NCBI RefSeq assembly: GCF_009914755.1
Contig: NC_060931.1
DNA length: 64,000 nt
Reading direction: 5' to 3' (one strand)
DNA from: the human T2T-CHM13v2.0 reference genome, Homo sapiens
Of this stretch, positions 1 to 15,116 are shown one piece after another; the stretch's first letter is position 1; each line of letters opens with the position of its first letter. Made by a program: the position numbers and the translations under genes. The notes beneath the pieces were generated by a model. The model made no database searches, was not told where the DNA came from, and saw only the letters and a program-made list of their open reading frames with translations.

Positions 1-1985
1 AATACTCCATTGTCAATATCATTTATTCTAGGATAAATAACAATGTAGGACAGTTTCCTTATTTTGACAACAAATAGAATTTACGCATATATAATGGTCT
101 GATTAAATGATTGAAGTTATTCTCATAATTCACGTGTGCAGATTCAAGGTTGTAGTAAATACTGTACAAGGGAGTCAGTGCAGGAAGGTAAGATCTGAAC
201 TACTGTCCTCATCTCTGTAGCAATTCTAAATAAAAGTAGGTAGATACTTATGCATCAATGGTCAGTAATTAATAGCAATAAAAGTGATCAAATTGATATG
301 TTAATGGAGGCTCCATGACTTTCTTCCAGCATTAAAAGAGAAAGATTTTTATCCTCCCAGTTGGTATATATCACTATATTATGATCAAACACTTCTCAGA
401 AACCTCTGACATCTAGAATTCTTATTAGTTATTAAAATGTATTAGTTAAGAATATGATAATTATATGAGTAATGCATGTTCATGGTTTTTAAAATATTCA
501 GCTAACAAAGAGATTTTCTTTTCCCCTCCCCAATATACCCGAATGCATACATTCAGAATTTAATACATATTTTTCTGTAACTGTATTTTTTCACATAATA
601 ATATATTGGAAAATCTTTCATTGTTAACGTGTAGATTATTTTTGTTCTATGTAATTGCATCTTTATGTTCCATTGGAAGATGTAGCATAATTTGTTACTT
701 CAAAGTTTGTTTCATATTTGTTTACTTCACATTGTTTGTTCATAAAGCTTATTTCATATTTGTTATATGAAAGTGTTTTTTTAAAAAAATACATCCACAT
801 TGTAATAATTTTCAAATAGCCCAGAATAATATAAATTTAAAATAAAAGTCTTCATCTTCTCACTCACAAAGGTAACTAGTGGTAAACATTTGTTTTAGCT
901 CTTCTGATATTTACTATTACATCTATCTTTAAGGGTTTTGAGTTTATTTACTATAATTAACTTTTTAGAGTATTGTTGATTCACCATCATGAATTAGAAC
1001 ACATGTGTTAACCCATGCCTCCTCATTCCCATATCTCTTCTAAGGGTTGTTTTCTTCATTTAATTATTATATCAAAACACCATATTTTGATTCATAAACT
1101 GTAGGCATGTCTTGTTGTCTATGTTAAATATTGCTGTAGTGGTTCTCCAAGCGCCTGTATTTTCACTTTTCACTGGATCATATCCATGTGCACAGAATGC
1201 TGCTGTTTCTCCTTCTTTAAAAAAATCTGTTTTTATTCCTACTTTTTTCCACCAGCTACTGTCTTTCCTCTATGTTATAGAAAAACTCCTTTGAAAAAGT
1301 TGGTTATACGTAGTGTCTCTAAATTCTGACTTCCCATTTAATTTTTCCATATTTATTTAAATACGTATCTGCTCTACCTTTTTCTAAGAAAGTTGTTTCA
1401 ATTCAAATGAGCCTCTGCATATTAAAGAGTATGTATGTTTATATTTTTCATGATTGCTGATTTATTCGGAATTACTTATTAGGTTTCAAAGGAATCTGTG
1501 CTTTTCAAAGGAGTGTTTAATCTATTTCTATTTATCAAAATTACTGATTTATATGAATTCACTTTAAATGTGGCATTCTGTGTTTTATATTTTCCATTAA
1601 TGCTTCCTTCATTTTCCTTCTTTGACTTCTCTTACACTGATTGAATTTCTTTCATTTTCGTTTTTCTTACTTTACGAGTTTGAATGAGAGAGTTCATATA
1701 CTTTTATGGTTCTATATATACTTTCAGGATTTTTTCCATTAATTTCAATAAAAAAGAACTACATATGTATATTTTCAGTAAATTAGAATATTTCTTTAAA
1801 ATTGTCAACTTCCTCTTTGCTAATTTCTATATTATCAACATCTAACATTTTAATTTAAAGTTGCTTTTAAATATCAAATTGAAATATGCTAATTAGCTTT
1901 CAAATATAACCATGATATCCATATTGTTATATGACTTATCAAAATACTTATTTACTTGTGTACCTGTTCTCCTTGTAACTCATTA

Positions 1986-2269
1986 CAGTTGTCTCTAGGA
2001 ATTCATGCAAAATAGGTTCAAGGACCCCCATTGATTCCCAAATCAGTGAATAGGGAAATAATTTATTTAAAATAGTTCATTATTTGCATATAACCTATGC
2101 ACAATTCCCATAATTCTCATAAAGTTATTTATGAACAAATAAATATTTTTTATTGTGTGGGTTTTTAAAAAATTTTTTAAATTTTTATTGTGTGGGTTTT
2201 TAAAAATATTTTCAGTCCACCTTGGTTGAATCTGAGTACGTGGAATCCATCGATCCAGAGGGCCAACTG
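1986..2269 (+). mobile_element. MER2-type non-autonomous Tigger (TcMar) DNA transposon
   Basis: Begins CAGTTGTCTCT and ends GAGGGCCAACTG (terminal inverted repeats), with TA on both sides. Internal GGTTCAAGGACCCCC and TATTTGCATATAACCTATGCACA match the recalled MER2 consensus. Confidence 0.85.
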
Positions 2270-4419
2270 TACTGTCTTCTGTGGGTTTTTAAAATTTTCT
2301 TTCTGAAATATAGCCTTAGAGACTCATCTACTCAGAATTTGTGTACTTTCAGGTAAATCAAAATATATTTATTTTCCTAATGAGAGGTAGACTATGATTC
2401 CCATGTATCTATTAGATACTCTAATCCTTGAAGGTTATCTGTATTTTCTTTCTTTTTTCTCTCTCTCTTAGTTTTTGAGTATTTTTGTTTGGAGATCTTT
2501 ACTTTTCTATTTCATAAAGATTTTTATTTATTGTTTCAAGATTTAATTACAAATATTTCCTTTTTTTACAAGTGTTGTCTTCATATTTGAAGGTAAATGA
2601 AATATTGGTAATATTTCAGTGTAGTATTTTGTATTTGTAATCTAGGAAAATATTCAGGGAATGTAAAATTGCATATTTTTGCTGTGACCCAATCTTACAT
2701 CATCAAAAACACTGAATACAACATATGAATTTTCCAAACAGTGTACAGTTCACTAAACTGTTTTTCTTTGTGTAACAAGTGCTAGAAAATATATTTCCTC
2801 TAAAAGATTTAAAGGACCATGAAACTTTTTTTTAGGTATCAGTGCCTTTTCTTGAAAGATATCCCCTCTCTCTTCGTCCCCTAAAAAATATGAAGCTGAG
2901 GAAACTAAATTAAATCAGTTCTCCATCCCCAGTCCCACTTTCAACATGATTTCTCAGCTTCCGGTGTCTCTGCAAAAGTTAATACTTTAATCACTGTCTA
3001 TTGTCTACCTCATTTAACAAACAGAGGAAATTCACCTTGTTTCCATCATTTGAATCACCAATTCATGTTGTATCCCTAGAAAATGCCTAGACCTGTTACG
3101 AAACTTTTCTTTGGTTTAGGATGAGCATATTACTCTGTTCTTTAACCTGCTTTTTTATTTCAAACTCTATCTTCTGGATTCTCTTCATACTGAGTTTTTC
3201 CCTATGTATTAGCATGCATTACTAAGTTTGTTAGTGTTCCACATGATTATATGTTTTATTGATATGGCTATGTATATATATAATACACACACAATATCAT
3301 ACATACATATATATATATCCTGACAGTCTCACTGTCCATTCTAACTCAGATTTGCTTAATTTCTTCTCCTTTATAGAAATCACCTCTTCCCAGATAAAGC
3401 ATGTAAGTTAAATTAGTATTAGCTTAACATTTTCAAGTTACAAAAACATTTTTGTCACTTTTTACTTTACACCCCTACTTTTTCCCTTCCTCCTATTTTT
3501 AATTATTTTTTTAATTTAAGGCATGCTTTTCTCCTTTCCTTCAACTTTTTTATAACATTTATATAGAGAACATGTAAATTAATATCCTGGCTGCTTTCCA
3601 ATGCTTCTTTTTGTTGTTAGAGTTATCATTAAAGTCAATATTTCAATATTGGAAAATAAAGTAGCAGTCATGGTGATCTACCACATCCCTGTTTAACTAT
3701 TCTATTTTTACTTAAAATAATACAACTATGTAATGATTGTTTTTCTCTGAAAACATTGTGGCAGTTTCTGAATGTTGGAAAGACCCAAAGAACTATTTAC
3801 TGGCATCTTTGTGAATGAGAGAAGATTAAGCATTGAAATAAAGAGGTATTGTTTTAATTTACACAAGGTATTATTTAGGCAAATGGAAGAACTATATTTA
3901 GATACCTGAAGTACAATACTCAGAAAATGACTACTACAGTAACAACTTCATTAAAAATAAAAATGAGCTCATTTAATTAAATTAATTGCTAATCTATTAG
4001 AAACACTTCCAGAAAGGTTGTGGCATTCTTAGATTTCAAGTTAGATAAATCTCAGAGGATAGGAAGCTCATTAACTGTTCCATATTTAAAAATAAAATAA
4101 ATCAAGATCTAGGATTGTAAAGATTTAGGTGATTTTTAGAACCTTTTAAAATAATATATTGTGAAAGGGAATAGAGGAGCTTAGCTTTAGAAAAGAATAG
4201 AGAATTACTGTGATACTGAAGGTTAGAATTAGAATATAGTCTATATTCAAATCACACACAGCAATGTTGTATAATTCCTAATAAAAAATGTTACTTAAAT
4301 TCTATTGTTTTTTCATTAAAAATCATACTATTAATCATCTAGGAAGAGGCTGCAGTTCAAGATCTCTGCAACAAATTTTGAGCCTTATATACTGTGTTAA
4401 TGTTTCAAATGCTACTGTT

Positions 4420-4640
4420 TACAGGCTGTGTGACCTTGAATAATTAGTTTAACATCCTACATCTCTGTTTCCTAATCTGTAAAATTAGGCTAGTAATAGC
4501 AAATGCTTCATAGTTTTTTTGAGAATTCAATAATATGATACGTGCAAAGTCCTGAAAACAGTAACTGGAATTGAGCAATATGTAGTTAATTTTAGTGGTT
4601 GCTGCTGCTGTTGTTGTAATAAGGATAATGATAATAATAA
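4420..4640 (+). mobile_element. MIR SINE relic
   Basis: MIR core CTGTGTGACCTTG...TCTCTGTTTCCTAATCTGTAAAAT...TAATAG, followed by a degenerate simple-repeat tail. Confidence 0.7.
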
Positions 4641-5545
4641 TAAACAACTATTTTACTATCATTAATTTGCTGTCTGTCCTCTTGCACATTTTCCTTTTCG
4701 ATTTACATTTAAAGAACCATTTATCACCTAGAGCTCCAAGTGTAATCCATAAATTCCCTCAAATTCTTACTTTGAACATCTTTCTTCTAACGTGGCAACA
4801 TTCCTTGTGAACCTACTATTAGATTACCTGTAGCTCTGACATGAGGAAAGATTTTTCAAAACAAGCATAAACTCCTTTTCCCCCACTCTCTGCTACTTCT
4901 TTCTAGTGCTTTATTTGTGGGAACTGTACATTGTAGTATTTAAAATGCCGTTGTCAGCAGCCCCCACAACACACTCACACATTTCTCTTGCACTCCATAA
5001 CTTTTTTTTTCTCCTGAGAATCACCACCTTTGAATGCATGTGAAAAATTGTAAGTACTGAAAGGTCAATAGGTTGCCTGGAAGAAAAAAAATCAGCGAAC
5101 AGCCAAAATATGTTTGGCTGCTTAGCTTTCATGTCATCAGACTGATTCTTTGACTCATTGGATAGGCTGTGAGAAAAATTGAAAGCATCTTCCTACTATT
5201 TCCCAGGCAACTCTGTATAACCAGATTGAAAGAGACAGAGAAAGAGAGGGAGAAAGAGAGGAAGTAGGAAAGGAAGAAATTGAGAGAAGTTAAAGGACAA
5301 TATACTGCATAATGAAGGGAAGCTTGGTAAGTTCTTCACAGTAACATCGCTGAGGCCTTGGGCATGGGAGCATACTACAAGATTGCGACATTATAATTTC
5401 CTGATTTTTACAATGGTGGAATTGTGTCATTTTGCATCTATTTATAGGTATCTTAGTTGAATGGTGGGATAGTATTTTAATCCACAAGATTCATTAATTC
5501 TGTATGTTTCTGGACTACAAGAAAATGTTAAACTTTGATGGGGGT

Positions 5546-5926
5546 GTGTGTCAACTCAAGCTATTATAACAAAGTACCATAAACTGGGTAGCTTAAAACA
5601 TAGAAAATTATTTCTTACAGTTAGGGAGGCTGGGAAGTCTGAAATCAAGGTCCCGGGAAGGTGGTTTTCATTCTGAGCACTTTTTAGGCTTGAAGGCAAC
5701 CCTTCTCACCGTGCACATACTTGGCAGAAAGAGAGAGAACTCTTACCTCTCTTCCTCTTCTTATGAGGGCACTAATCCCATCATAAGGGCCTCATTCTCA
5801 TGACCTCATTTAAACCTAATTATCTCCCAAAGGTTCCACCTGCAAACATCATCACATATGGGTGTGAGGACTTCAACATAAGAATTTGGGGGAGCAGGAT
5901 CAGTCTATAACATTAAGTCCATAACA
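5546..5926 (-). mobile_element. MLT1 (A/B-like) MaLR solo LTR
   Basis: GCTATTATAACAAAGTACCATAAACTGGGTAGCTTAAAACA...GAAATCAAGGT...GGCACTAATCCCATCAT...GTCCATAACA is typical of a reverse-strand MLT1. Confidence 0.8.
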
Positions 5927-7184
5927 GCTTGTGTATGTGTGTGCTCGTGAGTGTGAGAGAGAAAATTATAAGTTCCGTGCAATCATGTCTAAGTGAAGAA
6001 TGACAAAAAGAACATTTTTAACAGTTTCTTATTTCTTGGCTAGAGGTCTGCGTATAGGTCTCTCCCTGCTGAAGCACATTTTTATTTTCTGTATTTTTAT
6101 GCATCACACCCCAGTGCAAGATTTATGAAACTTGAGTCCATTTCTTTCTATAAATAGAAACAACTTTGATCACAAACAGGCTGATTTATGAACTGGAAAA
6201 TACCTAAGACAAGACAGCCTTTCACAGAAACCATATCTTTTTAATCAACCTACATTATATAATACACTCTTTTACTTAAAAGAGCACTGCCTTAAGTATG
6301 AATTATATGCCATTAGAAATATTCTCAGTTACAAAAGGCCCAGCACTTCTATACATCAGACTAATGATTAGACAAAAGTAATGCCAATATTTGAAAATAC
6401 CTGATAACATGAAGACTTAAAGTTATTACTAGTAACACTAAAGTTGATTTAGAGTTTAAGCAGATAGATTGTTTTGGAAGAATAGAAAATTTGAAGAGAA
6501 TATGTCAACGTAGTTACATACAAAGGCTGGGTTATCTGAACCTTCAGAAACCCTAGCATGTGTGTGTGTGTGTAGGAATATGTATGCATATATTAGGTAA
6601 ACTCTATTGTATTATAAAGAAACTTGCTAAATCTAATTTTTATAATTTTAGATAATAAAGTTATAGGTAAGATTATGATTAACTTTAAAAAGGGTTAGAT
6701 GGATGTATAATGAGAAGTCTGGTAGGTTTGTCACAAAAGGGCAATAATTTTCTTTTCATTATCCTCTTTTGGATTTTTTTTTTGTTTTCTTGTAATTTAA
6801 ATTCTCAACATCTAGATCTAAAGATATCAAAGAAGATATTCAGTCAATATTGCACAAATGAGAGAAAGAAATAATGCACTTCTGTAAGTACATCATGCCT
6901 TTTTCAAAAATGATTTCTTATTGTGTAGCCATTGATAAAATAGAGCAATATAAAACATACTTAAATGTTTTATATACTACAACAAAAAATAAATTATAGT
7001 AATGTAAAACAGACTCAGTAGAAACAGATGCACCCAATATCATGAAATTATCTACAATTTTTGAAATTTTTTCACTTTTTAAACACTATTATTTTTATAT
7101 TAAGTTTAAATTCTCTTATCAAAGCAATAATGGAGATGCATTCCCCCAAAACCACCACCTAGCTCTGCTCATCATTAATTTCCT

Positions 7185-7905
7185 TTAAATAGACTTTATT
7201 GCTTAGAACAGTTTTGGATTTACAGAAATATTGTGAAAATAGCACAGAGATTTCCCATATACCTCACATTCAGTGTCCCCTACTATTAATGTCCTACATT
7301 ACTATAATACTTTTGTTATGTTTAATAAATGAATATTAATACAGTATTATTAACTCAACCCTGGACTTTATTCAGGTGTCTTTAGCTTTTAGCTAATGTT
7401 CTTTTTCTGTTCCAGGGTCCCATCTAGGTTACCACATTACATTTAAGTGCCATGTCCCCTTAGGCTCCTCTTGGCTATAACAATTTCTCCAGTTTTCTTT
7501 GCTTTTAATAACCTTGACAGCTTTGAAAAATGCTGGTCAAATATTTTGTATATCGTATATTTTTTATTGGGAATTGTGCAATGTGTTTCTCATGATTATG
7601 CTAGGGTTATGTTTTTGCAAGGAAGTCACAGAGAATAAGTGCCATTTTTCATGAATCATATTAAGAACATATACTATCAACATTAATTACCACAATTAAT
7701 GTTGATGTTGATAACTTTGCTGAGGTAGTGTTTGCTGGGTTTCTCCACGAAATTACTGATTTACCCCTTTTTGTACTATAATCCTTGGAAGAAAGTCACT
7801 ATGGATAGCCTACACTTAAGGAATAGGGAGCTCTGCTCCAACTACTAAAGGGCATAGTATGGACACAAATTATTTGAAAGTTTCCTGCAGATATTTTTCT
7901 ATTCT
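7185..7905 (-). mobile_element. Old L1 (L1MC-type) 3' end; interrupted by a younger L1PA and resuming at about 10277-10345
   Basis: AGACTTTATT..AGAACAGTTTTGGATTTACAGAA and GTTACCACATTACATTTAAG..CCTTAGGCTCCTCTTGGC resemble the L1MC 3' UTR in reverse. Confidence 0.7.
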
Positions 7906-7907
7906 TT

Positions 7908-10276
7908 TTATATTTGTTTCCTTCAACTTTTATTTTTAGTTCAGAGGTGCATGTGCAGGGTAGTTACATAGGTAAACATGTGCCATGGTGGTTTGTTGCA
8001 CAGATCATCCCATCACCTATGTATTAAGCCCAGTATCCATTAGCTATTTTTCCTGATGCTCTCCCTTCCCCAACCCTTCCCACTGGTGCCCAATGTGTGT
8101 TGTTCCCCACCCCCATGTGTCCAATATGTTCTCATTATATAGCTCCCATTTATAAGTGAGAACATGTGGTGTTTGGTTTTCTGTTCTTGCATTAGTTTGT
8201 TAAGTATAATGGCTTCCAGCTTTATCCATGTCTCTGCAAAGGAAATGATCTCGTTCCTTTTTGTGTCTGCTTAGTATTACATGGTGTATATGTAAAACAT
8301 TTTATTTATCCAGTCTATCACTGATGGGCACTTAGGTTGATTCCATGTTTTTGCTATTGTGAACGGTGCTGCAATGGACGTACACATGCAGGTATCTTTA
8401 TAATTGAATAACATATATTCCTTTGTGTATATACCCAGTATAGGATTGCTGGGTCAAATGGTATTTCCACCCCTAGATCTTTGAGGAATCACCGCACTGT
8501 CTTCCACAATGGTTGAACTAATTTACCCTCCCACCAACAGTGTAAAAGCATTCTTTTTTTCTCTACAACCACACCAGCATCTGTTGTTTTTTGACTTTTT
8601 AATGACAGCCATTCTGACTGGCATGAGGTGGTATCTCACTGTGGTTTTGATTTGCATTTCTGTAATGATCAATGTTGACATTTTTTTCATATTTTTTTTG
8701 CCTCATGTATGTCTTCTTTTGAGAGGTGTCTGTTCATATCCTTTGCCCACTTTTTAATGTTTTTTTCTTGTAAATTTGTTTAAGTTCCTTATAGACTCTA
8801 GATATTAGACATTTGTCAGATGGATAGATTGCAAAAATTGTCTTCCATTCTGTAGGTTGTCTGTTCACTCTGATGATAGTTTCTTTGGCTGTGCAGAAGC
8901 TCTTCAGTTTAATTAGATCCCGTTTGTCAATTTTGGCTTTTGTTGCAATTGCTTTTGGCATTTTTGTTATGAAATCTTTGCCTGTGCCTATGTCCTGAAT
9001 GATATTGCTTAGATCCTCCTCTAGTATTTTTATAGTTTGGGGTTTTACTTTTAACTATTTAATCCATCTTGAGTTAATTTTTGTATATGGCTTAAGGAAG
9101 AGGTCCAGCCAATTTCAATATTCTGCATATGGCTAGCCAGCCTTCCCAGCACCATTTATTAAATAGGGAGTCCTTTCCTCCATTGCTTGTTTTTGTCAGG
9201 TTGGTTGGAAATCAGTTGGTTATAGATGTGCAGTCTTGTTTCTGAGTTCTCTATTCTCTTCCATTGGTCGATGTGTCTGTTTTTGTACCAGTACCATGCT
9301 GTTTTGGTTACTGTAGCCTTGTATAGTTTGAAGATGGGTAATGTGATGCCTCCTTTGTTCTTTTTGTTTAGGATTTGGCTAGTCCGGCCCTTTTGTGGTT
9401 CTATATGAACTTTAAAATAGTTTTTTCTAATTCTGTGAAGAATGTCAATGGTAGCTTAATGGGGATAACATCTATAAATTATAGATAGCATCTATAAATT
9501 ACTTTGTACAATATGGCCATTTTCATGATATTAATTCTTCCTACCCATGAGCATGAAATGTTTCTCCATTTGTTTGTGTCCTTTCTGATTTCTTTGAGCA
9601 GTGGTTTGTAGTTCTCCTTGAAGGGGTCATTTACTTCCCTTGTTAGCTGTATTCCTAGGTATTTTATTTTCTTTGCAGCAATTGTGAATGGGAGTTCATT
9701 CATGATTCAGCTTTTTGCTTGCCTGTTGTTGGTGTATAGGAATGCTAGCAATTTTTGCACATGGATTTTATATCCTGAGACTTTGCTGAAGTTGCTTATC
9801 AGTTTAAGAAGCTTTTGGGCTGAGACAATGGGGTTTTCTAGCTATAGGATCATGTCATCTGCAAATAAAGATAATTTGACTTCTTTTCCTATTTGAATAT
9901 CCTTTATTTCTTTCTCTTGCCTGATTGCCCTGGCCAGAGCTTCCAATAGTATGTTGAATAGGAGTGATGAGAGAGGGCATCCTTGTCGTGTGCTGGTTTT
10001 CAAGAGGAATGGTTTCACCTTTTGCCCATTCAGTATGATATTAGCTGTGGGTTTGTCATATATGGCTCTTATTATTTTGAGGCGTGTTCCTTCAATACCT
10101 AGCTTATAGAAAGTCTTTAACATGAATGAGTGTTGAATTTTATCAAAGGCCTTTTCTACATCTATTGAAATAATCATGTGGTTTTTGTCTTTAGTTCTGT
10201 TTATGCGATGAATCACAATTAATGATTTGCATATGTTGAACCAAACTTGCATCCCAGGAATGAAGCCAACTTGATT
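7908..10276 (-). mobile_element. 5'-truncated L1PA (L1PA8-10-like), about 2.4 kb: ORF2 C-terminal half plus 3' UTR
   Basis: Minus-strand ORFs encode L1 ORF2 RT motifs ([53 protein letters not shown]). 3' UTR reads CATGGTGGTTTGTTGCACAGATCATCCCATCACC. Frameshifted. Confidence 0.92.
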
Positions 10277-13200
10277 CCTTTATTTACATAAGTATGTACT
10301 CCTAGATATTTATTTTGTGAAGTGTTTTATGATCATACGGATTTATTTGTAATCTTGTTCATATGGTCGATTACATTATTTGATTTTTGTATGTTGAACC
10401 ACTGTTACATACCTTAAATAAATCCCTCTTGTTAATGACATGTAATTCTTTTCATACATTGTTGTATTAACCTACTAATATTCCATGGTTAATTATTAAC
10501 AATATCATCCCTGGTATATCCTATGCATACATATCAATCAAATGATACACATATATTTATCTATTTATATTTTTATCAAAATAGTTCAAAATTCCTAAGT
10601 TATGTTAAGGAAACTTTTTAGTCTTTAATCTAACATCAAAAAGTAAAGTGAAGTTAACACGAAAGATTGTAGACGTGTTTTGTTTAAAAGTTTTCACACC
10701 CAAACATTATCTCAAAAGATCAGAATAAGGCTAAGAAAAGCAACTATGAAACATATTAAGGATGGAATCCTTACATAATTTTTAACTTTGCTTTAAATTA
10801 CAAATCATCATTTTACTAAGTCACTAGCATTGTTAAATGTCTCCTAAATTCTCCTCTCCTTTTTAAATTTTTTGTTAGTAAATTTATTGCTGTAACATTT
10901 TAACATGACATTTTTGATGTGTTAGGTAGATATTTATACTAGCTTTGTTTTAAATTGATTCAGATATGGATGGATGCTTTTCTCTTCTTGAATTCTTTAC
11001 TTAGCTTATTTTCTAATTGATTAAAATTTGTCTTTAAGTAGATATATCATGGATAGCTTCTGTGTTGTCATACCTGAGTTCTTTTACTACACAGCCTGTT
11101 AGTTTATTTTATGCTTGGAAAACATGTAAATTGAGTGTAATGTTCTTAAGTTACACTTTCCATTATTTAGAGCTTTCCAATCATCATTGATGTGTTTGCG
11201 AGCATTTAAATGATGATAGATAGAAATTTGAGGCTATGCCGACTGGCTTCCCTTCCTGTAAGGTTTTTTCCACCATTTGATGACAAAAATAATTATTCCC
11301 TCCCACCTGAATTTCTGTAATGTTTCTCTATAATATAAATGATCATAAAGAGTCTATGTGATTGCATTATTTCTGCCTTGTTTACTCTGTTTCTTGCTAT
11401 GTTGAACTAATTTTCTTATTTTCTCAGAGGTTCTTTTGGTCCTTGATCTAATTAGTTAGGTCTGCAAGCTACATTTTCCTTCTTTTTTTCTTTTACATTA
11501 TGTCTTATAGATATTGTTTTCTTAAATTAAAAATAATATTACAATACTTTAAGTCATTTGTTCTGTGTCAGCGTCATACCAATCTACATTGTTCATGGGA
11601 TAATCCTTGCTTTTATTTTCATAGGTTAGTTTGCAGAGCTACCTTTCCATTTCTTTTCACTTTTTTGTTTTTGTTGTTGGATAGCTTTGTCAAGATCTTT
11701 TCTTCTGTCTTTGACAGTCTTGACCATGTTCTTATCATGTCTGTATTGCTTATCTTCCCTGCCTCATTACTGTTTAAAACTAGTGATTTTTTCTGCCAGC
11801 CACATTTTGGTAGCCTGAAAGCATGACAGGAAAGGAGATACTTGGATGAGCAGTGTGTAGTCTTTGTTAGAATACCTGAGCTCTGCTTCGGTTTCTGCAA
11901 TGATGTTAAATGCCCTCACACTGTGTCCTCAATAGCTGCCATAGAAACTAGTGCATTGTAACTTCTTAATTAATGATTTTTGAATGAAAGAATGAATAAA
12001 TATATTAGACATGAGTACCTGTTATTACTTTTCTGCTACAGATTAGATTCTCAATTTATTATGTAATTTGAAATTCACACTTCTATTAGAGCAAATTAGT
12101 AGACGCATGCAATGCTGCATGAAGCTGCTTAGAATTTGGATACTGTTGCTTTTACTCCTATTTTATTAACCCCAGCAAGTCACACCTTTGGGCCTAATAT
12201 TGGAGAAGAAATTCACATGCTACCCATGAAAGTGCTGCAAATGCCAATTGGAAGACTTGTATGCTTCTCTTACAGTGAAGGGAAGAAATAATCAAGAACA
12301 AAAATTCAATGCACCTTAAGCTTCTCCACCCCTTTCATGTGGGCAGCACTTTCCAGAACTCACCAGTTTTAATAAGTGTATGGTAAAGATACTGCTTCAG
12401 AATTTTTTCTTCATGTTTGAGGCTCATATTAAGAATTTCTGGCTTCTATTTGCCCATCCTATGACCTCTTGGGCTTACAAGCTTCAATAAGAGTACTGAA
12501 TGCCAATACTCTTGGCAGCTTTTCCAGTTTCTAGAATCATTACTTGGCAGCGATTTTTCAAGGATTTTATTTTTAATGTTCATTTATTTGAATACTGAAA
12601 GAAAATGATAGTTTGATGCAGTTCAATTCTGCCATTTTTACATAATCTGTTCAGGCAGAAATTTTGCCCAAGATCTTTAAAGCAATAATATGTACTCCGA
12701 TATTCTTTTATACTATCATTTCCAAATATTACAACCTTCTATGCAAGACAATTTTATTCAACGCATACTTTTATGTACTTAATATATGACTCCTTCTAGA
12801 TGGTTAGTACAGTCTTAAAATTCTGTTAATATTGTCTTTATTACCTATTAACATTATTCATATCAAAGGAGTAAGGATTTTATTTATTTAATTAAGATTT
12901 TAGCTGGGCATGCTGGTTCATGCCTATAATCCAGCTCTATTGAATTAAGTAATTTTCTATTAGATTTGATTCTTAATCCCAATTCAACTCATTGTATGTA
13001 GTTTCATGTTACAGGTATACATACACCTGTATTTATTTTATATAAAACACAATGTATTTAATTATATGAACTTGAAATGCACTCATATTAATAAAAAACT
13101 TTAGCAGAACTGAGAAAAAGAAAATTCTTTATTTTTAATTGTGAAATCAATCTATAACACCTAAGTTCAGGAGAGCAAATAACATATTTTGGCAAGTATT

Positions 13201-13501
13201 CATTAAGGCAATTACTTATAGGTAACTTTCATAACTCTTAATCAGCAGTGTTATAGTATTCAAAATTGAAAAACCATGGCAGAAAATCAATTAAAACTAT
13301 AAGTAAACATTTCTCCAAGTTTTAATATTCTAAAACATTTTTTATGAATCTCCACATGATGCAATTTGAAACTATATCATATCTATATACTAATATTATT
13401 TTATTTTTTATGCACATAAAAAATAATTATACATCCTGGGGTATTGTCATTATTATGAGGTTTCTTTTGGAAGGAAAGGAGCATAAATCTAGTTATATTA
13501 A

Positions 13502-13796
<295 letters not shown>

Positions 13797-14551
13797 TGAA
13801 ACTTATTTTTAAATTAACTCCATGGTATGAATATTTCTCTCCTATTTTAATAGATGGATAAATAGACGATGAATTGATATACAGATAGACAACTGAATAG
13901 AGATATAGAGAGATGAAAGAGAACTCTAGATAGTTATTTTAATTGTTATATAATATTTCAAAACCAAGTTTTTTAACTGTGGCTTTGTCACTACAATCAA
14001 TCTTATGATCAATATCACTGTGTGTGTGTATATATATATACACACATATATAACTATTTACTGTTTATCATAAAATATTTTCCAAAAAGTTACTCTTTCT
14101 GAGCTAAATGATAGGCCAGAAACTTTCCAGAAAAGTTGTAGCAGCTCATCTTTCCAAAGGTAACAGTTGAGAGTGCTTCTTTCCTCACAGTCTATCCCAC
14201 ACTCTTGTTCTCTCTAATATTCAGGCCCTGGGATATTTAGGCAAAGATGAGGAGAATGTAATTTCAATTAATCACCATTTTTCAGTCTTTCTAATGCTTT
14301 TGCATTTCTGCACTAGAGAGCACTCTGGATATAGACTGAGGCCCATTTGCCTCCAGCAGCACTAATGCTTCACACTTGCTTACTGAATAAAAATTACTCC
14401 CAGAGACATGCATCCCAATAACATTAGCAATTCTGTAACTTCTTGCTTTTAGCGCTGGGGTATGCCTTCATCAAAGGTCTAAAGGGAAAACAACAAACAA
14501 ACCAAACAAAAAACCCTACCCGTTAAATCAAGAAAGAAACAGAGACACTTT

Positions 14552-15116
14552 TGAGGCAAGAGAATAGGGTCCGGAGTCAGGGAACCTAAGGCCAATTCAG
14601 GCTGACTTCCTAGAACTAAATCAAAAGGAAAACCCCAAATTTCCATGCCCAAGTAACAAAAGCACCACAGGCTACTCCGTTTGCAACCTCTCCTCCTTTT
14701 CTGTGTGACAGATGAAAAACTGAAAGTACCTCTGATTGGTTTCTTCCTGCAACCAATCAGGGCTGTTCATGGGCCAAGTCTTTATTTGCATAGAAGTATA
14801 ACTTTGTAACTTTACTTTAGCCTCTGATTGGTCACTTTCTGCAACCAATCAGACTGATCACAAGACAGTACTTCATTTACATATGGTATACACCAAGTAA
14901 CCAATGGGAAACCTCTAGAGGGTATTCAAACCCCAGAAAATTCTGTAACTAGGTCCTTGAGCCGCCTGCTCAGGCCTGTTGCCACCCTGTGAAATGTGCT
15001 TTCATTTTCAGTAAATCTCTGCTTTTGTTGCTTTATTCTTTTCTTGCTTTCTTTGTGCATTTTGTCCAGTTCTTTAATCAAAGCACCAAAAACCCGGACA
15101 CTCTGCACCGGTAATA
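14552..15116 (+). mobile_element. MER51-type ERV1 solo LTR
   Basis: Starts TGAGGCAAGAGAATAGGGTC..GGGAACCTAAGGCC..CTGACTTCCTAGAACTAAATCAAAAGGAAAACCCC and ends CACCGGTAATA. Repeated CCAAT boxes and an AGTAAA polyA-like signal. Confidence 0.85.

Noticed and set aside
10360-10490. Sequence resembling the adjacent L1PA 5' end (TATGTTGAACCA)
   Set aside because: Much more diverged; better explained as a separate older L1 fragment than as a junction duplication.
12902-12936. Alu-like 5' fragment GCTGGGCATGCTGGTTCATGCCTATAATCCAGC
   Set aside because: Only about 35 bp; too short to assign or interpret.
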